This document shows, one piece after another, positions 1 through 11,567 of a DNA stretch of 64,000 nucleotides (the first letter of the stretch is position 1; every line of letters starts with the position of its first letter). The position numbers and the translations under genes are program-made. The stretch comes from Longimicrobiales bacterium. GTDB lineage: Bacteria; Gemmatimonadota; Gemmatimonadetes; Longimicrobiales; Gaopeijiaceae. The stretch is from positions 2,624,001-2,688,000 of the forward strand of contig OZ242008.1 of assembly GCA_965204735.1 (NCBI GenBank), read 5' to 3'. The notes below the pieces were generated by a model. The model worked only from the letters and a program-made list of their open reading frames with translations, was not told the DNA's origin and did no database searches.

Positions 1-858
1 GACGGGCGACGGTTGGCCGGAGCGATGGAGCGGGTCGTCGGACGTGGCCAGGGGCGCTTCCACGACCTCGGCTCGATCTCCGAGCCGTTTCCGGAGCCGG
101 GCCGCCGCGTCGGGAGCCGCGACGACGAGCGGGGGCCGGCCCAGGCGGGCGTCCAGCGCGCGGGCGTCGTTCGGCAGCTCGCCCCGTCGGTCCAGGAGGA
201 CGCGCAGGGGGGGGATCCGAGAGGCGACGGGCCCCCGCGCGGTGAGGCGCGGGTCGTCGGCCTTCCATGTCCTCGTGCCCACCATGACGGCGCCGAACCC
301 TGCGCGAAGGCGGTGAACCTCGCGCCGGGCCTCTTCCGCCGTCAGCCAGACGCGTCGGCCTGCCGGAGGAGCGATCCGCCCGTCCAAGCTGGCGGCCAGC
401 TTGATCGCCACGTAGGGCCGGTCCGAGCTCGCCGCGTGAAAGAACGCCGGGTTCTCCGCCGCCCACTCCCCGGGGTCGCCAAAAGGACCGTCCACCTGAA
501 CGCCCCGGCGCCGCAGCCAGGCTCCGCCCCCGCCGGAGCGGCGCCCCGGGTCCGCCGCCCAGTAGACGACCCTGGCCACGCCCGCGTCGCGCACCGCCTC
601 GGCGCACGGCGGAGTCTTCCCCTGGTGCGCGCAAGGCTCCAGGCTGGCGTAGAGGGTGGCCCCCCGGGCGTCTCCCGCCCTTGCCAGGGCCACGGCTTCC
701 GCATGAGGGCCGCCGAACTCCTCGTGCCAGCCCTCGCCGACGACCCGACCGTCCCGGGTCACGACGGCGCCCGCCATCGGGTTCGGATGGACTCGCCCCC
801 AGCCCCTGCGCGCGATCTCCACGGCGCGGGCCAGCAGCCGCCGGTCGGCGGCGGTCAA
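1..858 (-). CDS. ribD: Riboflavin biosynthesis bifunctional deaminase/reductase RibD (runs off window edge)
   Basis: Not in the ORF track; translated by hand from TTG at 858: ...GWGRVHPNPMAGAVV...GGPHAEAVAL...SLEPCAHQGKTPPC...KLAASLDGRI, i.e. HAE and PCxxxxxxxxC zinc motifs followed by the reductase domain. Confidence 0.93.
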   Translation of the reverse strand, partial: MTAADRRLLARAVEIARRGWGRVHPNPMAGAVVTRDGRVVGEGWHEEFGGPHAEAVALARAGDARGATLYASLEPCAHQGKTPPCAEAVRDAGVARVVYWAADPGRRSGGGGAWLRRRGVQVDGPFGDPGEWAAENPAFFHAASSDRPYVAIKLAASLDGRIAPPAGRRVWLTAEEARREVHRLRAGFGAVMVGTRTWKADDPRLTARGPVASRIPPLRVLLDRRGELPNDARALDARLGRPPLVVAAPDAAARLRKRLGDRAEVVEAPLATSDDPLHRSGQPSPV

Positions 859-1856
859 AGGGTGACCCGGAACGCGGCGGAGGCGAACCACGTGCGCCGG
901 GCGGGGTCGAACGGCGCCCCTTGCCGGTCGGCGGAGAACGGATCGTCCACGCCTTCGGCGAGCCCGGCTTCGAGAGAGACTTGGGAGATCACGAAGTTGA
1001 ACCAAGCCGCGGCGAAGTAGAGCAGCCGGTCCGATCGAACTCGACCCTCGGCCGACGCCGAGTCGCCGTTCGTCGAGGAAAAGGCGACACGGGCGTCTCC
1101 TTCGTACCGATCCCACCCGGCGCCCGCCATGACGCCGATCACGAACCAGTTCTTCCCCGCCGTGGCCCTCAGCGACGAAACCGTCAGCCCCGTCTCGACC
1201 TCCGTCGCCGGGTCGTCGTCCTCCGTCGATCCCGCGCGAACGGCGCCGTGCCAGCGCCGAGTCGCCGAGACGGAGACGCCGGGCAGCACGAAGGACTCGC
1301 GCACGAGGCCAAGCCGCGCCCCGGCGCCGAAGCCGTGGGACGAGCCGCCGAAGCCCGCGCCCGTCGGCAGACGCACCAGGGAGTAGGAGGCCGTCAAGTC
1401 GAGGGAAAGGACGCCGCCCATGTTGGGCATGAGGCGAAAGCCGTCCAGCAGGCCGGCGGCGGCGCCGACCCGCATGCCCCAAGGGAAGAAGCCTTGCTCC
1501 TGCCGCAGGTCTTCCAGCGAACGGCCCGCCACGCGGGGCATGGCCGTCCGCACCCCCAGCGCCGAGAGCGAGAAGCTGGTTCGGGGAACGCGGCCGAGCC
1601 GCCGCCCCAGGGTGCTGGGCGTCCCCGGCACGTCGCTGCCCAGCGCCGACGCCAAGCCGGCGCCCCGCTGGATCGCCATCGCCGCCAGCGCCAGCTCCCG
1701 GCAGTGGACCAGAGCGGCGGGCGCGCACTGCTCGGCCAACTCCGTCAAGCCCCTGGCGCTCCCCCGGGGAAGGGCGTCGCTCTGGCCTGCCGCCGCGGAA
1801 AAGGTGGCCAGCGGACAACAAGCCCAGAAGACGAGGACGCGGCGGCGGAACGTCAC
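855..1856 (-). CDS. Hypothetical exported protein, probably outer-membrane beta-barrel
   Basis: Signal-peptide-like N-terminus, amphipathic beta-strand pattern, C-terminal WFASAAFRVTL; 4-nt overlaps with purM and ribD. Confidence 0.65.
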   Translation of the reverse strand: MTFRRRVLVFWACCPLATFSAAAGQSDALPRGSARGLTELAEQCAPAALVHCRELALAAMAIQRGAGLASALGSDVPGTPSTLGRRLGRVPRTSFSLSALGVRTAMPRVAGRSLEDLRQEQGFFPWGMRVGAAAGLLDGFRLMPNMGGVLSLDLTASYSLVRLPTGAGFGGSSHGFGAGARLGLVRESFVLPGVSVSATRRWHGAVRAGSTEDDDPATEVETGLTVSSLRATAGKNWFVIGVMAGAGWDRYEGDARVAFSSTNGDSASAEGRVRSDRLLYFAAAWFNFVISQVSLEAGLAEGVDDPFSADRQGAPFDPARRTWFASAAFRVTL

Positions 1857-3004
1857 GGCGCCTTCTCCGGGTCCGGCCGCGCGGGCTCGGCCTGGTCGCG
1901 CCCGACGCCCTGCGATCCGGCGTCACCGTCGATGGTCACCGGGGGGTCCGGTCGCGCCGGCTCGGCCTCGTCGTGCCCGACCCCGTCCAAGCGGACGCCG
2001 GGAACGTCCGTCACTTCGCCCAGCGCCCAGGCGCCGTCGTCCAGCTCGGCCAGCACGTCGTCCGCCGCCTCGGGGGATGCAACCAGGATCAAGCCGACCC
2101 CCATGTTGAAGACCCGGAACATCTCGCGCGCCTCGACGCCGCCGCCCTCCGCCAGTCTTCGGAAGACGTTGGGAACCTGCCAGGACCGGCAGTCGATCCG
2201 CGCGCCCGTTCCCTCCGGCAGCGCCCGGGGAAGGTTGCCTTCGATCCCGCCGCCGGTCACGTGGGCCATCGCCTTGATCTGGCCGCCGTCCAGCAGCGGT
2301 TCGACCGGGTTCAGGTACGACCGGTGGACGCGCAGCAGGACGTCGGCGACGGTGGCGTCCTCGCCCGGGAAGGGCTCGTCGGGCCGAAGGCGCATGCGCT
2401 CGAAGACGATCTTGCGGGCCAAGGTGTAGCCGTTGGTGTGGAGGCCCGTCGAAGGGAGCGCGACGAGACGGTCTCCCAGAGCGACCCGGGCGCCGTCGAT
2501 CAGCCGCGCGCGCTCCGCCGCCCCCACCACGAAGCCCGCCAGGTCGTACTCGCCCGGCGCGTAGAAGCCGGGCATCTCGGCCGTCTCGCCTCCCAGGAGC
2601 GCGCACCTGTTCTCGCGACAGGCCCGGGCCACGCCCGAGACGATCTGGGAGACGACTTCGCCGTCCATCTTCCCGGTCGCCAGGTAGTCCAGGAAGAAGA
2701 GGGGGCGCGCGCCTTGGACCAGGACGTCGTTCACGCAGTGGTTGACCAGGTCCCGGCCCACCGTGTCGTGGCGGCCCGATGCGAAGGCCGCTTGGAGCTT
2801 GGTTCCCACGCCGTCGGCGCTGGCCACGAGCACCGGGGCCTCCATGCCGGGCGGCACGGCGTACGCGCCGCCGAACGCTCCTGGGCGCGAAAGGGTGTTC
2901 GCGTCTCGGGTGGCGGCGAGGATCGGTCCGAGGGAGCGCTTGGCGCGCTCGGCGGCGTCCAGGTCCACGCCCGCCGCTTGGTAGGTCAGGCCGGGGCCGG
3001 TCAC
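1853..3004 (-). CDS. purM: Phosphoribosylformylglycinamidine cyclo-ligase
   Basis: TYQAAGVD, DGVGTK, PLFFLDY, GGETAEMPG, HVTGGG, FNMGVG motifs; GTG start at 3004 overlaps pfkB stop. Confidence 0.96.
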   Translation of the reverse strand: MTGPGLTYQAAGVDLDAAERAKRSLGPILAATRDANTLSRPGAFGGAYAVPPGMEAPVLVASADGVGTKLQAAFASGRHDTVGRDLVNHCVNDVLVQGARPLFFLDYLATGKMDGEVVSQIVSGVARACRENRCALLGGETAEMPGFYAPGEYDLAGFVVGAAERARLIDGARVALGDRLVALPSTGLHTNGYTLARKIVFERMRLRPDEPFPGEDATVADVLLRVHRSYLNPVEPLLDGGQIKAMAHVTGGGIEGNLPRALPEGTGARIDCRSWQVPNVFRRLAEGGGVEAREMFRVFNMGVGLILVASPEAADDVLAELDDGAWALGEVTDVPGVRLDGVGHDEAEPARPDPPVTIDGDAGSQGVGRDQAEPARPDPEKAP

Positions 3005-3924
3005 GCACCCGCTCCGGCAGGCGCCTCGCGGAGTCGGCCGAGCGCTCGGAACGCGGTTTCGACCTCGTCGGCGCCGACGTCCCGGAGGCGGTCCGCCGAA
3101 AACGCCTCCACCGCGAACGAGCCCATGACCGCCCCGTAGGCCATCGCGGCCTCGAGGGCGCGCTTGTCGCCGACGGCCGCCCCGACTCGGTCCAGGTGGC
3201 CCATGAACCCTCCGGCGAAGGCGTCGCCGGCGCCGGTCGGATCCACGACCCTGGCCGCGGGCCGGCCCGGGCACTCGCAGCTCCATCCGTCGGCGAAGAG
3301 CACGGCGCCGCGCTCGGCCAGCTTCACCACGACGAGCTTTGGCCCCTGTGCGCGGATCCACTCGGCGGCGTGGACCACATCCGGCGACCCGGAGAGCTGA
3401 AGGGCCTCCTCGTCGTTGACGAGCAGCACGTCCAGGCGCGAGAGGAGGCGCATCAGAGCGTCGCGCGCGCCGGCGATCCAGAAGTTCATGGTGTCGGCGG
3501 CCACGAGCCGGGGGGCCGCCACCTGATCCAGCACCCGGAGCTGCAGCGCCGGGTCGATGTTCCCCAGAAAGACCACTTCCGAGTCCTGATAGGCGGACGG
3601 CACCACGGGGTCGAAGGCGCCGAAGACGCCCAGGCGGGTCTCCAACGTGTCGCGAACCGCGAACTCTTCCCGGTAGCGTCCCGCCCAGAAGAAGCTCTCG
3701 CCGGGGGCCTGCTCGAGCCCGCGCAGGTCCACGCCGGCCTCTTCCAGAAAGCGGAGGCGGCCCAGGGGGTAGTCGTCTCCCACCACCGCCACGACCCGAA
3801 CGTCCGCGAAGCGGGAAGCGGACGCGCCGAAGAAGACCGCGGATCCGCCGACCACCCGTTCGGCGCGGGCGAAGGGCGTCTCCACCGTGTCCAGCGCAAC
3901 GCTCCCCACGACGAGCGCCGACAC
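3001..3924 (-). CDS. PfkB-family carbohydrate kinase
   Basis: VGSVALD, GGSA, NDEEA and DPTGAGDAFAGGF PfkB signature. Confidence 0.93.
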   Translation of the reverse strand: MSALVVGSVALDTVETPFARAERVVGGSAVFFGASASRFADVRVVAVVGDDYPLGRLRFLEEAGVDLRGLEQAPGESFFWAGRYREEFAVRDTLETRLGVFGAFDPVVPSAYQDSEVVFLGNIDPALQLRVLDQVAAPRLVAADTMNFWIAGARDALMRLLSRLDVLLVNDEEALQLSGSPDVVHAAEWIRAQGPKLVVVKLAERGAVLFADGWSCECPGRPAARVVDPTGAGDAFAGGFMGHLDRVGAAVGDKRALEAAMAYGAVMGSFAVEAFSADRLRDVGADEVETAFRALGRLREAPAGAGA

Positions 3925-3925
3925 G

Positions 3926-5710
3926 CTACCCGCTCCCGCCGTCCCGCGGCGCGTCGGCGTCCGCCGGGCGGCGCAACCGCTCGGGCGCGGGCACGCCCAG
4001 CAACGTCAAGCCGTTGCGGAGCACGATCCGGGCCGCCTGAACGAGAGCCATGCGCGCGCTCCGCACTCGGTCGTCGTCGGGCGAGAGCGCGGCCAGCTCG
4101 GGGCGGCGCGAAGGGTGGCCCGCCTGGTACCACGAGTTCACCGCCCCGGCCGTCTTCTCCAGGTAGCCGCACACGACCTGCGGGGCGCGGGCGGCCGCGG
4201 CCCGGGCCACGAAGCCGGGGAACTCCGCCAGCTGGCCGGCCAGTTCGCGCTCGAGGGGGTGCGCAAGAAGGGAGAGGGTCGGCCCGTCGAGTTGGGCGCC
4301 GGCGGCAGGAGGAGCAGGACGGCGGGAGGAGCCGGCGACAGGGGCGCCGCGCTCGGCGGAGGCGGCTTCCACCGCCGCCGGCGTCCACCCCCGCTGCCGC
4401 GCCAAGTCGATGAGCCGGCAGAGGCGGGCGTGGGCGTACTGGACCTTGTAGACCGGGTTCTTCTCCGACTGGTCCAGCGCCACGTCCAGGTCGAAGGTCA
4501 GGTGGGCCTCGGGACGGCGCATGAGGAAGAAGTAGCGCGCCACCCCGGCGCCCGTCTCGGCCGCCAGGTCGGCCAGCGTGGTGTACGAGCCGGCGCGCTT
4601 GGAGAAGCGGACCTCCTCGCCGTCCCGCTCCACCGTGACCATCTGGTGCAGCACGTACTCGGGGTAGCCCGGGGGGCGGCCCAGCGCTTGAAGCCCGGCG
4701 CGGACCCGGTCCACCGTGCCGTGGTGGTCGGCGCCCTGCACGTTGACGACGTGGTGGAAGCCCCGGTCCCACTTGGACATGTGGTAGGCCACGTCGGGAA
4801 GGAAGTAGGTCGGCGATCCGTCGCGCTTGACCATGACCCGGTCCTTCTGGTCTCCGAACTCGGTGGTGCGAAGCCAGCGGGCTCCGTCGCGGCGGTAGGC
4901 GAGGCCCGTCTCTTCCAGGGCGTCGAGGGTGTCGGCCAGCCTGCCGTCTTCGTAGAGGCTGCTCTCCGAGTAGAACTCGTCGAAGCGGACTCCGAACGCC
5001 TCCAGATCCGCTTCCTGCTCGCGGCGAAGAAGCGCCACGGCAAAGCGCCGGACGTCGTCGAGAGGCAGCACGACCGAGCGTTCGGCCAGCAGCGTCTGCG
5101 CGATCTCGGCCACGTACTCGCCGTGGTAGCCGTCCTCGGGCACGGGCTCGTCCTGGCCCAGGGCCTGAAGGCACCGCGCGCGGACGCTGGCGGCCAATCG
5201 GTCCATCTGACGCCCGGCGTCGTTGAAGTAGAACTCCCGATGGACCCGCCATCCCGTCCATTCGAGGAGGTTGGCGATTGCGTCGCCCAGGGCCGCTTGG
5301 CGCCCGTGCCCCAAGTGGAGGGGACCCGTGGGGTTGGCGGACACGAACTCGACCATGATCCGTCGGGCACGGCCCTCGTCGCTCCGGCCGTAGCGCGCGT
5401 CCTCGGCCAAGATGCGCTGGACCGCAGAGCCGACCGCATCGGCGCTCAGGTAGAAGTTGAGGAAGCCGGGCCCGGCGACTTCGATCCGGTCCACGCCGGG
5501 CACGGCGCGCACGCGCTCCGCAAGCGCTTCGGCGATCTGCCGGGGCGGGCGTCGGAGCTTGGACGCCAGCGCCAGCGCCGCGTTGGACGCCAAGTCTCCG
5601 TGGGCCGGGTCCTTCGGGCGCTCCAACTGGACGTCGGCCTCCGGCGCGCCCAGCTCCGCAACGGCGGCCCGGACGGCGCCGGCGACTTGCTCTTCCAGCG
5701 AAGGGTTCAT
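3926..5710 (-). CDS. argS: Arginine--tRNA ligase
   Basis: VEFVSANPTGPLHLGHGR (HIGH-type), GADHHG, SKRAG, YKVQYAHAR, C-terminal LGVPAPERL. Confidence 0.97.
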   Translation of the reverse strand: MNPSLEEQVAGAVRAAVAELGAPEADVQLERPKDPAHGDLASNAALALASKLRRPPRQIAEALAERVRAVPGVDRIEVAGPGFLNFYLSADAVGSAVQRILAEDARYGRSDEGRARRIMVEFVSANPTGPLHLGHGRQAALGDAIANLLEWTGWRVHREFYFNDAGRQMDRLAASVRARCLQALGQDEPVPEDGYHGEYVAEIAQTLLAERSVVLPLDDVRRFAVALLRREQEADLEAFGVRFDEFYSESSLYEDGRLADTLDALEETGLAYRRDGARWLRTTEFGDQKDRVMVKRDGSPTYFLPDVAYHMSKWDRGFHHVVNVQGADHHGTVDRVRAGLQALGRPPGYPEYVLHQMVTVERDGEEVRFSKRAGSYTTLADLAAETGAGVARYFFLMRRPEAHLTFDLDVALDQSEKNPVYKVQYAHARLCRLIDLARQRGWTPAAVEAASAERGAPVAGSSRRPAPPAAGAQLDGPTLSLLAHPLERELAGQLAEFPGFVARAAAARAPQVVCGYLEKTAGAVNSWYQAGHPSRRPELAALSPDDDRVRSARMALVQAARIVLRNGLTLLGVPAPERLRRPADADAPRDGGSG

Positions 5711-5737
5711 GCGGCTCTTTCGGCCAACGAGGACCTG

Positions 5738-6184
5738 CTACCCCTCTCGCCGCTCACCGACGTCCTTGGGGCTCGGCGAGCCGGCGCGACGCGATCCCGC
5801 GCGTTTCGATTCCGCCCCGCGAGAGTCCTGGCGTCCGGCGTCGCCGTTCTTGGTTCGCGTTCCTCGGGCGCCGGCGTCGTTCTCCGCGCCGGCTCCGGAA
5901 GCGCCGCTCCCGCGGCCCGACTTCCCGCCGGCGTCCTTTCGGCCGCCCTCGCCTTCCTTCTTGCTCTCTCCCCCGTCCTGCTTCGCCCTGTCCTTGTAGG
6001 CGTCGGAGCGGTAGTCGGTGATGTAGAACCCCTCGCCCTTGAAGAGGAGTCCGCCCCCGGCCGAGATGAGGCGCTCGGCGGTCCGGCCGCAGTCGGGACA
6101 CGGCGCGCCGGGCGGGTCGCTCATCCGCTGGAAGCGCTCGAACTCGAGAGCGCACGCCGGGCATCGGTACTCGTAGGTGGGCAT
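5738..6184 (-). CDS. FmdB-family zinc-ribbon protein with charged low-complexity tail
   Basis: MPTYEYRCPAC...CPDCG...FKGEGFYITDY from ATG 6184. Confidence 0.9.
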   Translation of the reverse strand: MPTYEYRCPACALEFERFQRMSDPPGAPCPDCGRTAERLISAGGGLLFKGEGFYITDYRSDAYKDRAKQDGGESKKEGEGGRKDAGGKSGRGSGASGAGAENDAGARGTRTKNGDAGRQDSRGAESKRAGSRRAGSPSPKDVGERREG

Positions 6185-6290
6185 CTGGTGGCGGCTGGTT
6201 TGACGTGACGCGGGACGCCGGGACCTAAGGTAACGCGGGAACGCTGCAATGGGCGCGCCTCCGTCGCCGCCGGAGGAAGACGGCCTCGCG

Positions 6291-7922
6291 CTACATGCCC
6301 CACACTCCGACTTCGGTTCCGTCCTGGGCGGTCCGGGCAAGCCGAAACGTCTTCTCTTCCCAGCTCCGTCCTTCCCGTCGGTCGAAGACGACCAAGTGCC
6401 CTTCGGCGGCGCCGCACCGGTCCATGCAGCGGGCCGTCTGCTCGACCCCTTCGGCCACCGTCCGCTCCAGGCCCTTGTGCAGCGCCTTGCACTCCACCAC
6501 GTACTTGTGCTCCCGTGGCCGCTGCCCCGTCCGTCTCCCGCCGTCGGCCGCGGGCCACAACACCAGCAGGTCGGTCCGCCCGCGCCCCAGCCCGTACTCC
6601 CGCTCGATCCTGCCTCCGCTGTTGACGATCCGTTGCAGGAACGCCTGCAGGAGCAGCTGCGGCCCCGCCTCCTTGTACTGGAAACGTTCCACCCAGTGCT
6701 CCGAATGCTCCCGGAAGAACTCCTGGAACGCCGCCAGCAGCTTCTCCATCTCCAAGCCGTCCGACGGGCCCGCATACCATGACGGGTCCTGGGCCATCCC
6801 CTCCTGAGCCGTCCATGTCAGCTCCCGCGGCACGACCTCGGCGTAGACGGGGTTGGCAATGCGAAGCGGCATGTCGACGGCCACCAGCCCCAAGTCGCGG
6901 GCGTACTCCAGGTCTCGGCCCGAGAACTCCGGCGGGCCGCCCCCGGCCAGCAGCGGCTCCACTACCCGCCTCACCCGTTCTTCCCTCAGCTTGTCCGCGA
7001 GCTGGTCCAGATGCGTCTCCCGCCGGCGGATCAGCGCCTCCTGCGCCGCCACGACGTCGGCCTCCGCGATCTGCCTCGACCGATCGGCCCCGCCCTCTCC
7101 CTCGAAGCACACCTCGTAGGCCAGCGCGTTGACCAGCCACGGCTGGCCCCGGGTCCGCGCCCAAACCGCTTCCAACGCTTCCTCCGCAAACGGCTGGCCC
7201 GTCTCCTCCGTGTGCTGCCCCAGCAGGAACCGCACTTCTTCCCGGCTGAAGTCCCCCAGCCGAAGGGACTTCGCCTTGACGTTGAAGGCGCTGCCGCCCG
7301 ACACCAACGTGTCGGCCGAACCGGAACGGATGCGGTAGTCCCGCACGTCCCGCACCCCGCACAGCACCACGCTCTGGGGGAAGCCGTCGGGGCGCAGGTC
7401 GTACCCCGCCCGAAGCTGCCGCAGCACCGAGAGGAGAGAATCCCCCACCAGGGCGTCGATCTCGTCGATCAGGAGCACGAGAGGCTTCGGGGCGGCCCGC
7501 GCCCACCGGGTCAGCGCCACCCGCAGGGCGGTGTCGGGACCGCGCTTGGCCAGGACCTCCGGCCAGATCTCCTCCAGCGATCCGTCGCCCAGCGCGTCGT
7601 CCGCTCGAGCAGCCAGCTCGCTCAGCACCGCTCGCACGACTCGAGCAACGTCCTCGCGGGCCGTCTGTCCGCCTTCCACGTTGACGTAGGCGCAACTGAA
7701 GCGGCCCTCGTCGTTCAGGAGGTCCTGCAACGCCAGCAGGGCCGAGGTCTTGCCCGTCTGGCGGGGCGCGTGGAGGACGAAGTACCGCTCTTCGGCCACG
7801 AGCCGCCGGAACTCGGCGAGGTCCATGCGCTCCAGGGGCGGCACGTGGTAGTGGCGGGCCGGCTTCACCGGACCGGTCGTGTTGAAGAAGCGCGCGGGGC
7901 TGGATTGGCTAGAGCTGCGCAC
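6291..7922 (-). CDS. AAA-like ATPase with C-terminal PD-(D/E)XK nuclease-like domain
   Basis: RFFNTTGP N-terminus, Walker A APRQTGKT, Walker B LLIDEID, C-terminal REY-GRGRTD...VECK. Confidence 0.85.
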   Translation of the reverse strand: MRSSSQSSPARFFNTTGPVKPARHYHVPPLERMDLAEFRRLVAEERYFVLHAPRQTGKTSALLALQDLLNDEGRFSCAYVNVEGGQTAREDVARVVRAVLSELAARADDALGDGSLEEIWPEVLAKRGPDTALRVALTRWARAAPKPLVLLIDEIDALVGDSLLSVLRQLRAGYDLRPDGFPQSVVLCGVRDVRDYRIRSGSADTLVSGGSAFNVKAKSLRLGDFSREEVRFLLGQHTEETGQPFAEEALEAVWARTRGQPWLVNALAYEVCFEGEGGADRSRQIAEADVVAAQEALIRRRETHLDQLADKLREERVRRVVEPLLAGGGPPEFSGRDLEYARDLGLVAVDMPLRIANPVYAEVVPRELTWTAQEGMAQDPSWYAGPSDGLEMEKLLAAFQEFFREHSEHWVERFQYKEAGPQLLLQAFLQRIVNSGGRIEREYGLGRGRTDLLVLWPAADGGRRTGQRPREHKYVVECKALHKGLERTVAEGVEQTARCMDRCGAAEGHLVVFDRREGRSWEEKTFRLARTAQDGTEVGVWGM

Positions 7923-9462
7923 CGGAAGCGTCCCCTCCTGCGTAGCTGCCCCAGACGCTGCGCAGCGCGTCGCTGATCTCGCCCAGGGTCGCGTCGGCCT
8001 TCACGGCCCGGACGATCACGGGCATCAGGTTGACTTCGCCTGCGGCCGCGGCCCGAACCCGCTCCAGCTGCCGGGCCACGGCGCCCCCGTCCCGGGCGGC
8101 CTTGAACTCGCCCAGCGCGCGCACCTGCCGCGCCTCCATCTCTCGGTAGTCCGGCCCCGGCGGCGGCTCGTGGGCTTCGTCGGTTCGGAAGCGGTTCACG
8201 CCCACCACCGTCCGCTCGCCCGACTCCACTTCCAGCTGGAAGCGGTACGCCGACTGGTGTATCTCGTCCTGCATGAACTCGATCGCCCGGGACGCCCCGC
8301 CGATCTCCTCGATCCGCGCCATCAGCGCCAGCGCGGCGGACTCGACCTGGGCGGTGAGGCGCTCGACCAAGCGGCCGCCTCCCAGCGGGTCGGCCCAGGT
8401 GGCGCCGCCCGACTCGTACGCGACGATCTGCTGGGTGCGCAGGGCCAGCGCCGCCGCTTCCGCCGAGGGCAGGGAGAGGGCTTCGTCGTAGCCGTTGGTG
8501 TGAAGCGACTGGGCGCCGCCCAGAACGGCCGCCAGCGCCTGGACGGCGACCCGGACCACGTTGTTGAGGGGCTGCTGGGCGGCGAGGGTGGAGCCGCCGG
8601 TCTGGGCGTGGAAGCGGAGCCGGCAGGAGCGGTCCGACGCGTCGAAGCGCTGCCGCATGAGACGCGCCCACACCCGTCGCGCGGCCCGAAACTTGGCCGC
8701 TTCTTCGAACAGGTCGTTGTGGACGGCGAAGAAGAAGGAGATCCGCGGCGCAAACTCTTCGAGGCCTATGCCGGCGGCCAAGGCGCGCTCCACGTACTCC
8801 AGCCCGTTCGCGAGGGTGAACGCCACTTCCTGGGCGGCCGTGGAGCCGGCCTCGCGGATGTGGTAGCCGGACACCGAGATCGCGTTCCACTTCGGGAGCT
8901 CCCGGGCGCAGAACGCCATCAGGTCGCTCACCAAGCGAAGGGAGGGCTCGACCGGGTAGACGTAGGCGCCCCGCGCGACGTACTCCTTGAGCACGTCGTT
9001 TTGGACGGTCCCCCGCAACCGGTCCCTGGGCACGCCCTGCTCGTCGGCGACGGCCACGTACAGGGCCAGCAGGATTGGGGCGGTGGCGTTGATCGTCATC
9101 GAGCACGACACGCCGTCCATGCCGATGCCGCGGAAGAGGGACCGCATGTCGGCGACGGAGTCGATCGCCACGCCCACGCGGCCCACCTCGCCCGTCGCCG
9201 TCGCCGAGTCCGAGTCCAATCCCATTTGGGTGGGCAGGTCGAAGGCGACGGAGAGACCTGTGGTTCCCTTGTCCAGAAGGAAGCGGTAGCGCCGGTTGGT
9301 CTCTTCCGCGGTGCCGAAGCCGGCGTACTGGCGCATCGTCCAGAGCCGGCCCCGGTACATGTCGCGGTGGACGCCTCGGGTGAACGGAAACTCGCCCGGC
9401 CTGCCCAGGTCGCGCGCAGCGTCGAAGCCGTCGGGCTGCGCGTCGATCGACGACTCGCTCAC
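7909..9462 (-). CDS. Methylmalonyl-CoA mutase, substrate-binding (large) subunit without B12 domain
   Basis: [14 protein letters not shown] (Tyr specificity residue), [39 protein letters not shown] start at 9462. Confidence 0.94.
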   Translation of the reverse strand: MSESSIDAQPDGFDAARDLGRPGEFPFTRGVHRDMYRGRLWTMRQYAGFGTAEETNRRYRFLLDKGTTGLSVAFDLPTQMGLDSDSATATGEVGRVGVAIDSVADMRSLFRGIGMDGVSCSMTINATAPILLALYVAVADEQGVPRDRLRGTVQNDVLKEYVARGAYVYPVEPSLRLVSDLMAFCARELPKWNAISVSGYHIREAGSTAAQEVAFTLANGLEYVERALAAGIGLEEFAPRISFFFAVHNDLFEEAAKFRAARRVWARLMRQRFDASDRSCRLRFHAQTGGSTLAAQQPLNNVVRVAVQALAAVLGGAQSLHTNGYDEALSLPSAEAAALALRTQQIVAYESGGATWADPLGGGRLVERLTAQVESAALALMARIEEIGGASRAIEFMQDEIHQSAYRFQLEVESGERTVVGVNRFRTDEAHEPPPGPDYREMEARQVRALGEFKAARDGGAVARQLERVRAAAAGEVNLMPVIVRAVKADATLGEISDALRSVWGSYAGGDASGAQL

Positions 9463-11567
9463 GAGCCTTCCGCCTCGCCGAACTCCACGAGCACCTGGTC
9501 CTTCTCCACAGCCTGCCCCGGCGAAACCCGCACCTTGGCCACGCGCGACGCGGCGGTCGCCCGCAGCTCGTTCTCCATCTTCATCGCTTCGACGACCGCT
9601 ACCCGATCGCCCGCATCCACGACGTCGCCCTCGGCGACTGCGACCTGAACGACCATGCCGGGCATCGGCGCCTTGAGGGACGGGGCGGGTCGGGCGACCC
9701 TGGCCGCGCCCGCCAGCCTTCGCACGGCCGCGGCGCGCGCGTCCAGCGCCTCGAGGGCGAAGGCGCGCCCGTCCAGCTCCAGCTCCCAGGCGCCCGAGCC
9801 GGCGCCTGCATGGCGAGCCAGCACGTGGTGGGAGGCGCCGTCGATCAGCAGGGAACAGCCGCCGGGGCAGCCCGCAGTCGCCAGGGACGCCTCGCATCGG
9901 CGGCCGTCCACCTGCACGCTGCCGTCCGGACCGACGACCACGTCGTGCTCCTTCCCGCACAGGGCGACCACGTAGCGGGCGTGGCCGGCGGGTGCGGGGC
10001 CAGCCGCCGCCGGAGCGCCGGACGGGGCGGATGCCGGACCGGCGGCCGCGTCGAGTCCTTGGCCGTACGCCGGGGACCGACGCCACGCCGGAAAGCGCTG
10101 CCCGGCCGGAAACCGCCGCCCGGCCTCCCCAATCCGACCAGCGGAGCGCTCGCTGCGCCTCTTGTGCTCCAGGAGGGCCGCGGCGACAAGAAGTGCGGCC
10201 CGCCGACCGTCGGCGAGAGCGTCCTCGAAGAGCGCCGGGTGGTCGTCCAGGTAGCTGGTGGACAAGCGTCCTGCGAGGAAGTCCGGCTCCGCCAGGACGC
10301 GGGCCAGGAGGGGAGCGCTGGTGGACACGCCCCCGACCCGCAGCTCGGCCAGCGCGGCCTTCATCCGCCGGACGGCGGCGGCCCGGTCCCGTCCGTGGGC
10401 CACGAGCTTGCCCAGCAACGGGTCGTAATGGAGGCCGACCTCGTCGCCCGCGGCGACTCCCCCGTCCCAGCGGACGCCGGGACCGCCGGGCACGGTCAGC
10501 TCCCGCACCACGCCGGTGGAAGGCAGGAAGCCGTCGAACGGGGACTCGCTGGTGATCCGGCACTCGATCGCGTGTCCCCGCAGGGGAACCTCTTGCTGGC
10601 GAAGGGGAAGCGGCTCGCCCGACGCGACCCGAATCTGCCACTCCACCAAGTCCAGGCCCGTGATCATCTCGGTGACGGGGTGCTCGACCTGAAGGCGCGT
10701 GTTCATCTCCAGGAAGAAGAACTCGCCGTCGTGATGAAGGAACTCGACGGTTCCGGCCCCGACGTACTCCACCGCTCGGGCCGCGCGCACCGCCGCCTTG
10801 CCCATTCGCTCGCGCTCCTCGGGTCCCAGGAGGGGCGACGGGGCCTCTTCCAGCAGCTTCTGGTGCCTGCGCTGGACCGAGCACTCCCGTTCGAACAGGT
10901 GGACAACGTTGCTTTGGTGGTCGGCGAACACCTGCATCTCCACATGGCGCGGGCGCTCCAGAAAGCGCTCGACGTACACGCGGCCGTCGCCGAACGCCGC
11001 CTGCGCCTCTCGGGCGGCGGCCTCGAAGGCCGGCCGGAGCTCCTTCGCCTCCCGGACGACCCTCATCCCCTTTCCGCCTCCGCCGGCGGCCGCCTTGAGC
11101 ACAACGGGGAAGCCGGTCTCTCGGGCCGCTTCTTCCGCATCTCGGCCCGACGCCAGCGGCGAGTCCGTTCCGGGCACGACGGGCACGCCGGCGGCCCTCA
11201 TGCGCCGACGAGCCTCCGTCTTGTCGCCCATGGCGCGAATCGCGGCGGGAGACGGGCCCACGAAGATCATCCCCGCCCGCTCCACCGCCTCCGCGAAGTC
11301 GCCCCGCTCCGCCAGGAAGCCGTAGCCGGGATGGAGCGCGGAAGCGCCGCACCGAGCGGCCGCGGCCAGGAGCTTGTCGATCGCAAGGTAGCTCTCGGCG
11401 GCCGGCGCCGGGCCGATCGGGTAGGCCTCGTCGGCGTGAAGGACGTGGGGCGCCGTCCGGTCCGCCTCCGAGAAGACGGCGATCGCGCGAACCCCCAGCG
11501 CTCGGGCGCCCCGGATCACCCGCAAGGCGATCTCGCCCCGGTTGGCCACCAGCACGGACTCGATCAA
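9459..11567 (-). CDS. pccA: Acyl-CoA (propionyl-CoA) carboxylase alpha subunit: biotin carboxylase fused to biotin carrier
   Basis: [38 protein letters not shown]-terminal APMPG...EAMKM; probable TTG start at 11567. Confidence 0.92.
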   Translation of the reverse strand: MIESVLVANRGEIALRVIRGARALGVRAIAVFSEADRTAPHVLHADEAYPIGPAPAAESYLAIDKLLAAAARCGASALHPGYGFLAERGDFAEAVERAGMIFVGPSPAAIRAMGDKTEARRRMRAAGVPVVPGTDSPLASGRDAEEAARETGFPVVLKAAAGGGGKGMRVVREAKELRPAFEAAAREAQAAFGDGRVYVERFLERPRHVEMQVFADHQSNVVHLFERECSVQRRHQKLLEEAPSPLLGPEERERMGKAAVRAARAVEYVGAGTVEFLHHDGEFFFLEMNTRLQVEHPVTEMITGLDLVEWQIRVASGEPLPLRQQEVPLRGHAIECRITSESPFDGFLPSTGVVRELTVPGGPGVRWDGGVAAGDEVGLHYDPLLGKLVAHGRDRAAAVRRMKAALAELRVGGVSTSAPLLARVLAEPDFLAGRLSTSYLDDHPALFEDALADGRRAALLVAAALLEHKRRSERSAGRIGEAGRRFPAGQRFPAWRRSPAYGQGLDAAAGPASAPSGAPAAAGPAPAGHARYVVALCGKEHDVVVGPDGSVQVDGRRCEASLATAGCPGGCSLLIDGASHHVLARHAGAGSGAWELELDGRAFALEALDARAAAVRRLAGAARVARPAPSLKAPMPGMVVQVAVAEGDVVDAGDRVAVVEAMKMENELRATAASRVAKVRVSPGQAVEKDQVLVEFGEAEGS

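Noticed and set aside
207..214. G8 run in ribD as a phase-variable tract
   Set aside because: Short, in frame (RIPPLRV), in a housekeeping gene
9459..11567. Biotin carboxylase-biotin carrier fusion as a novelty
   Set aside because: Normal architecture of propionyl-CoA carboxylase alpha subunits
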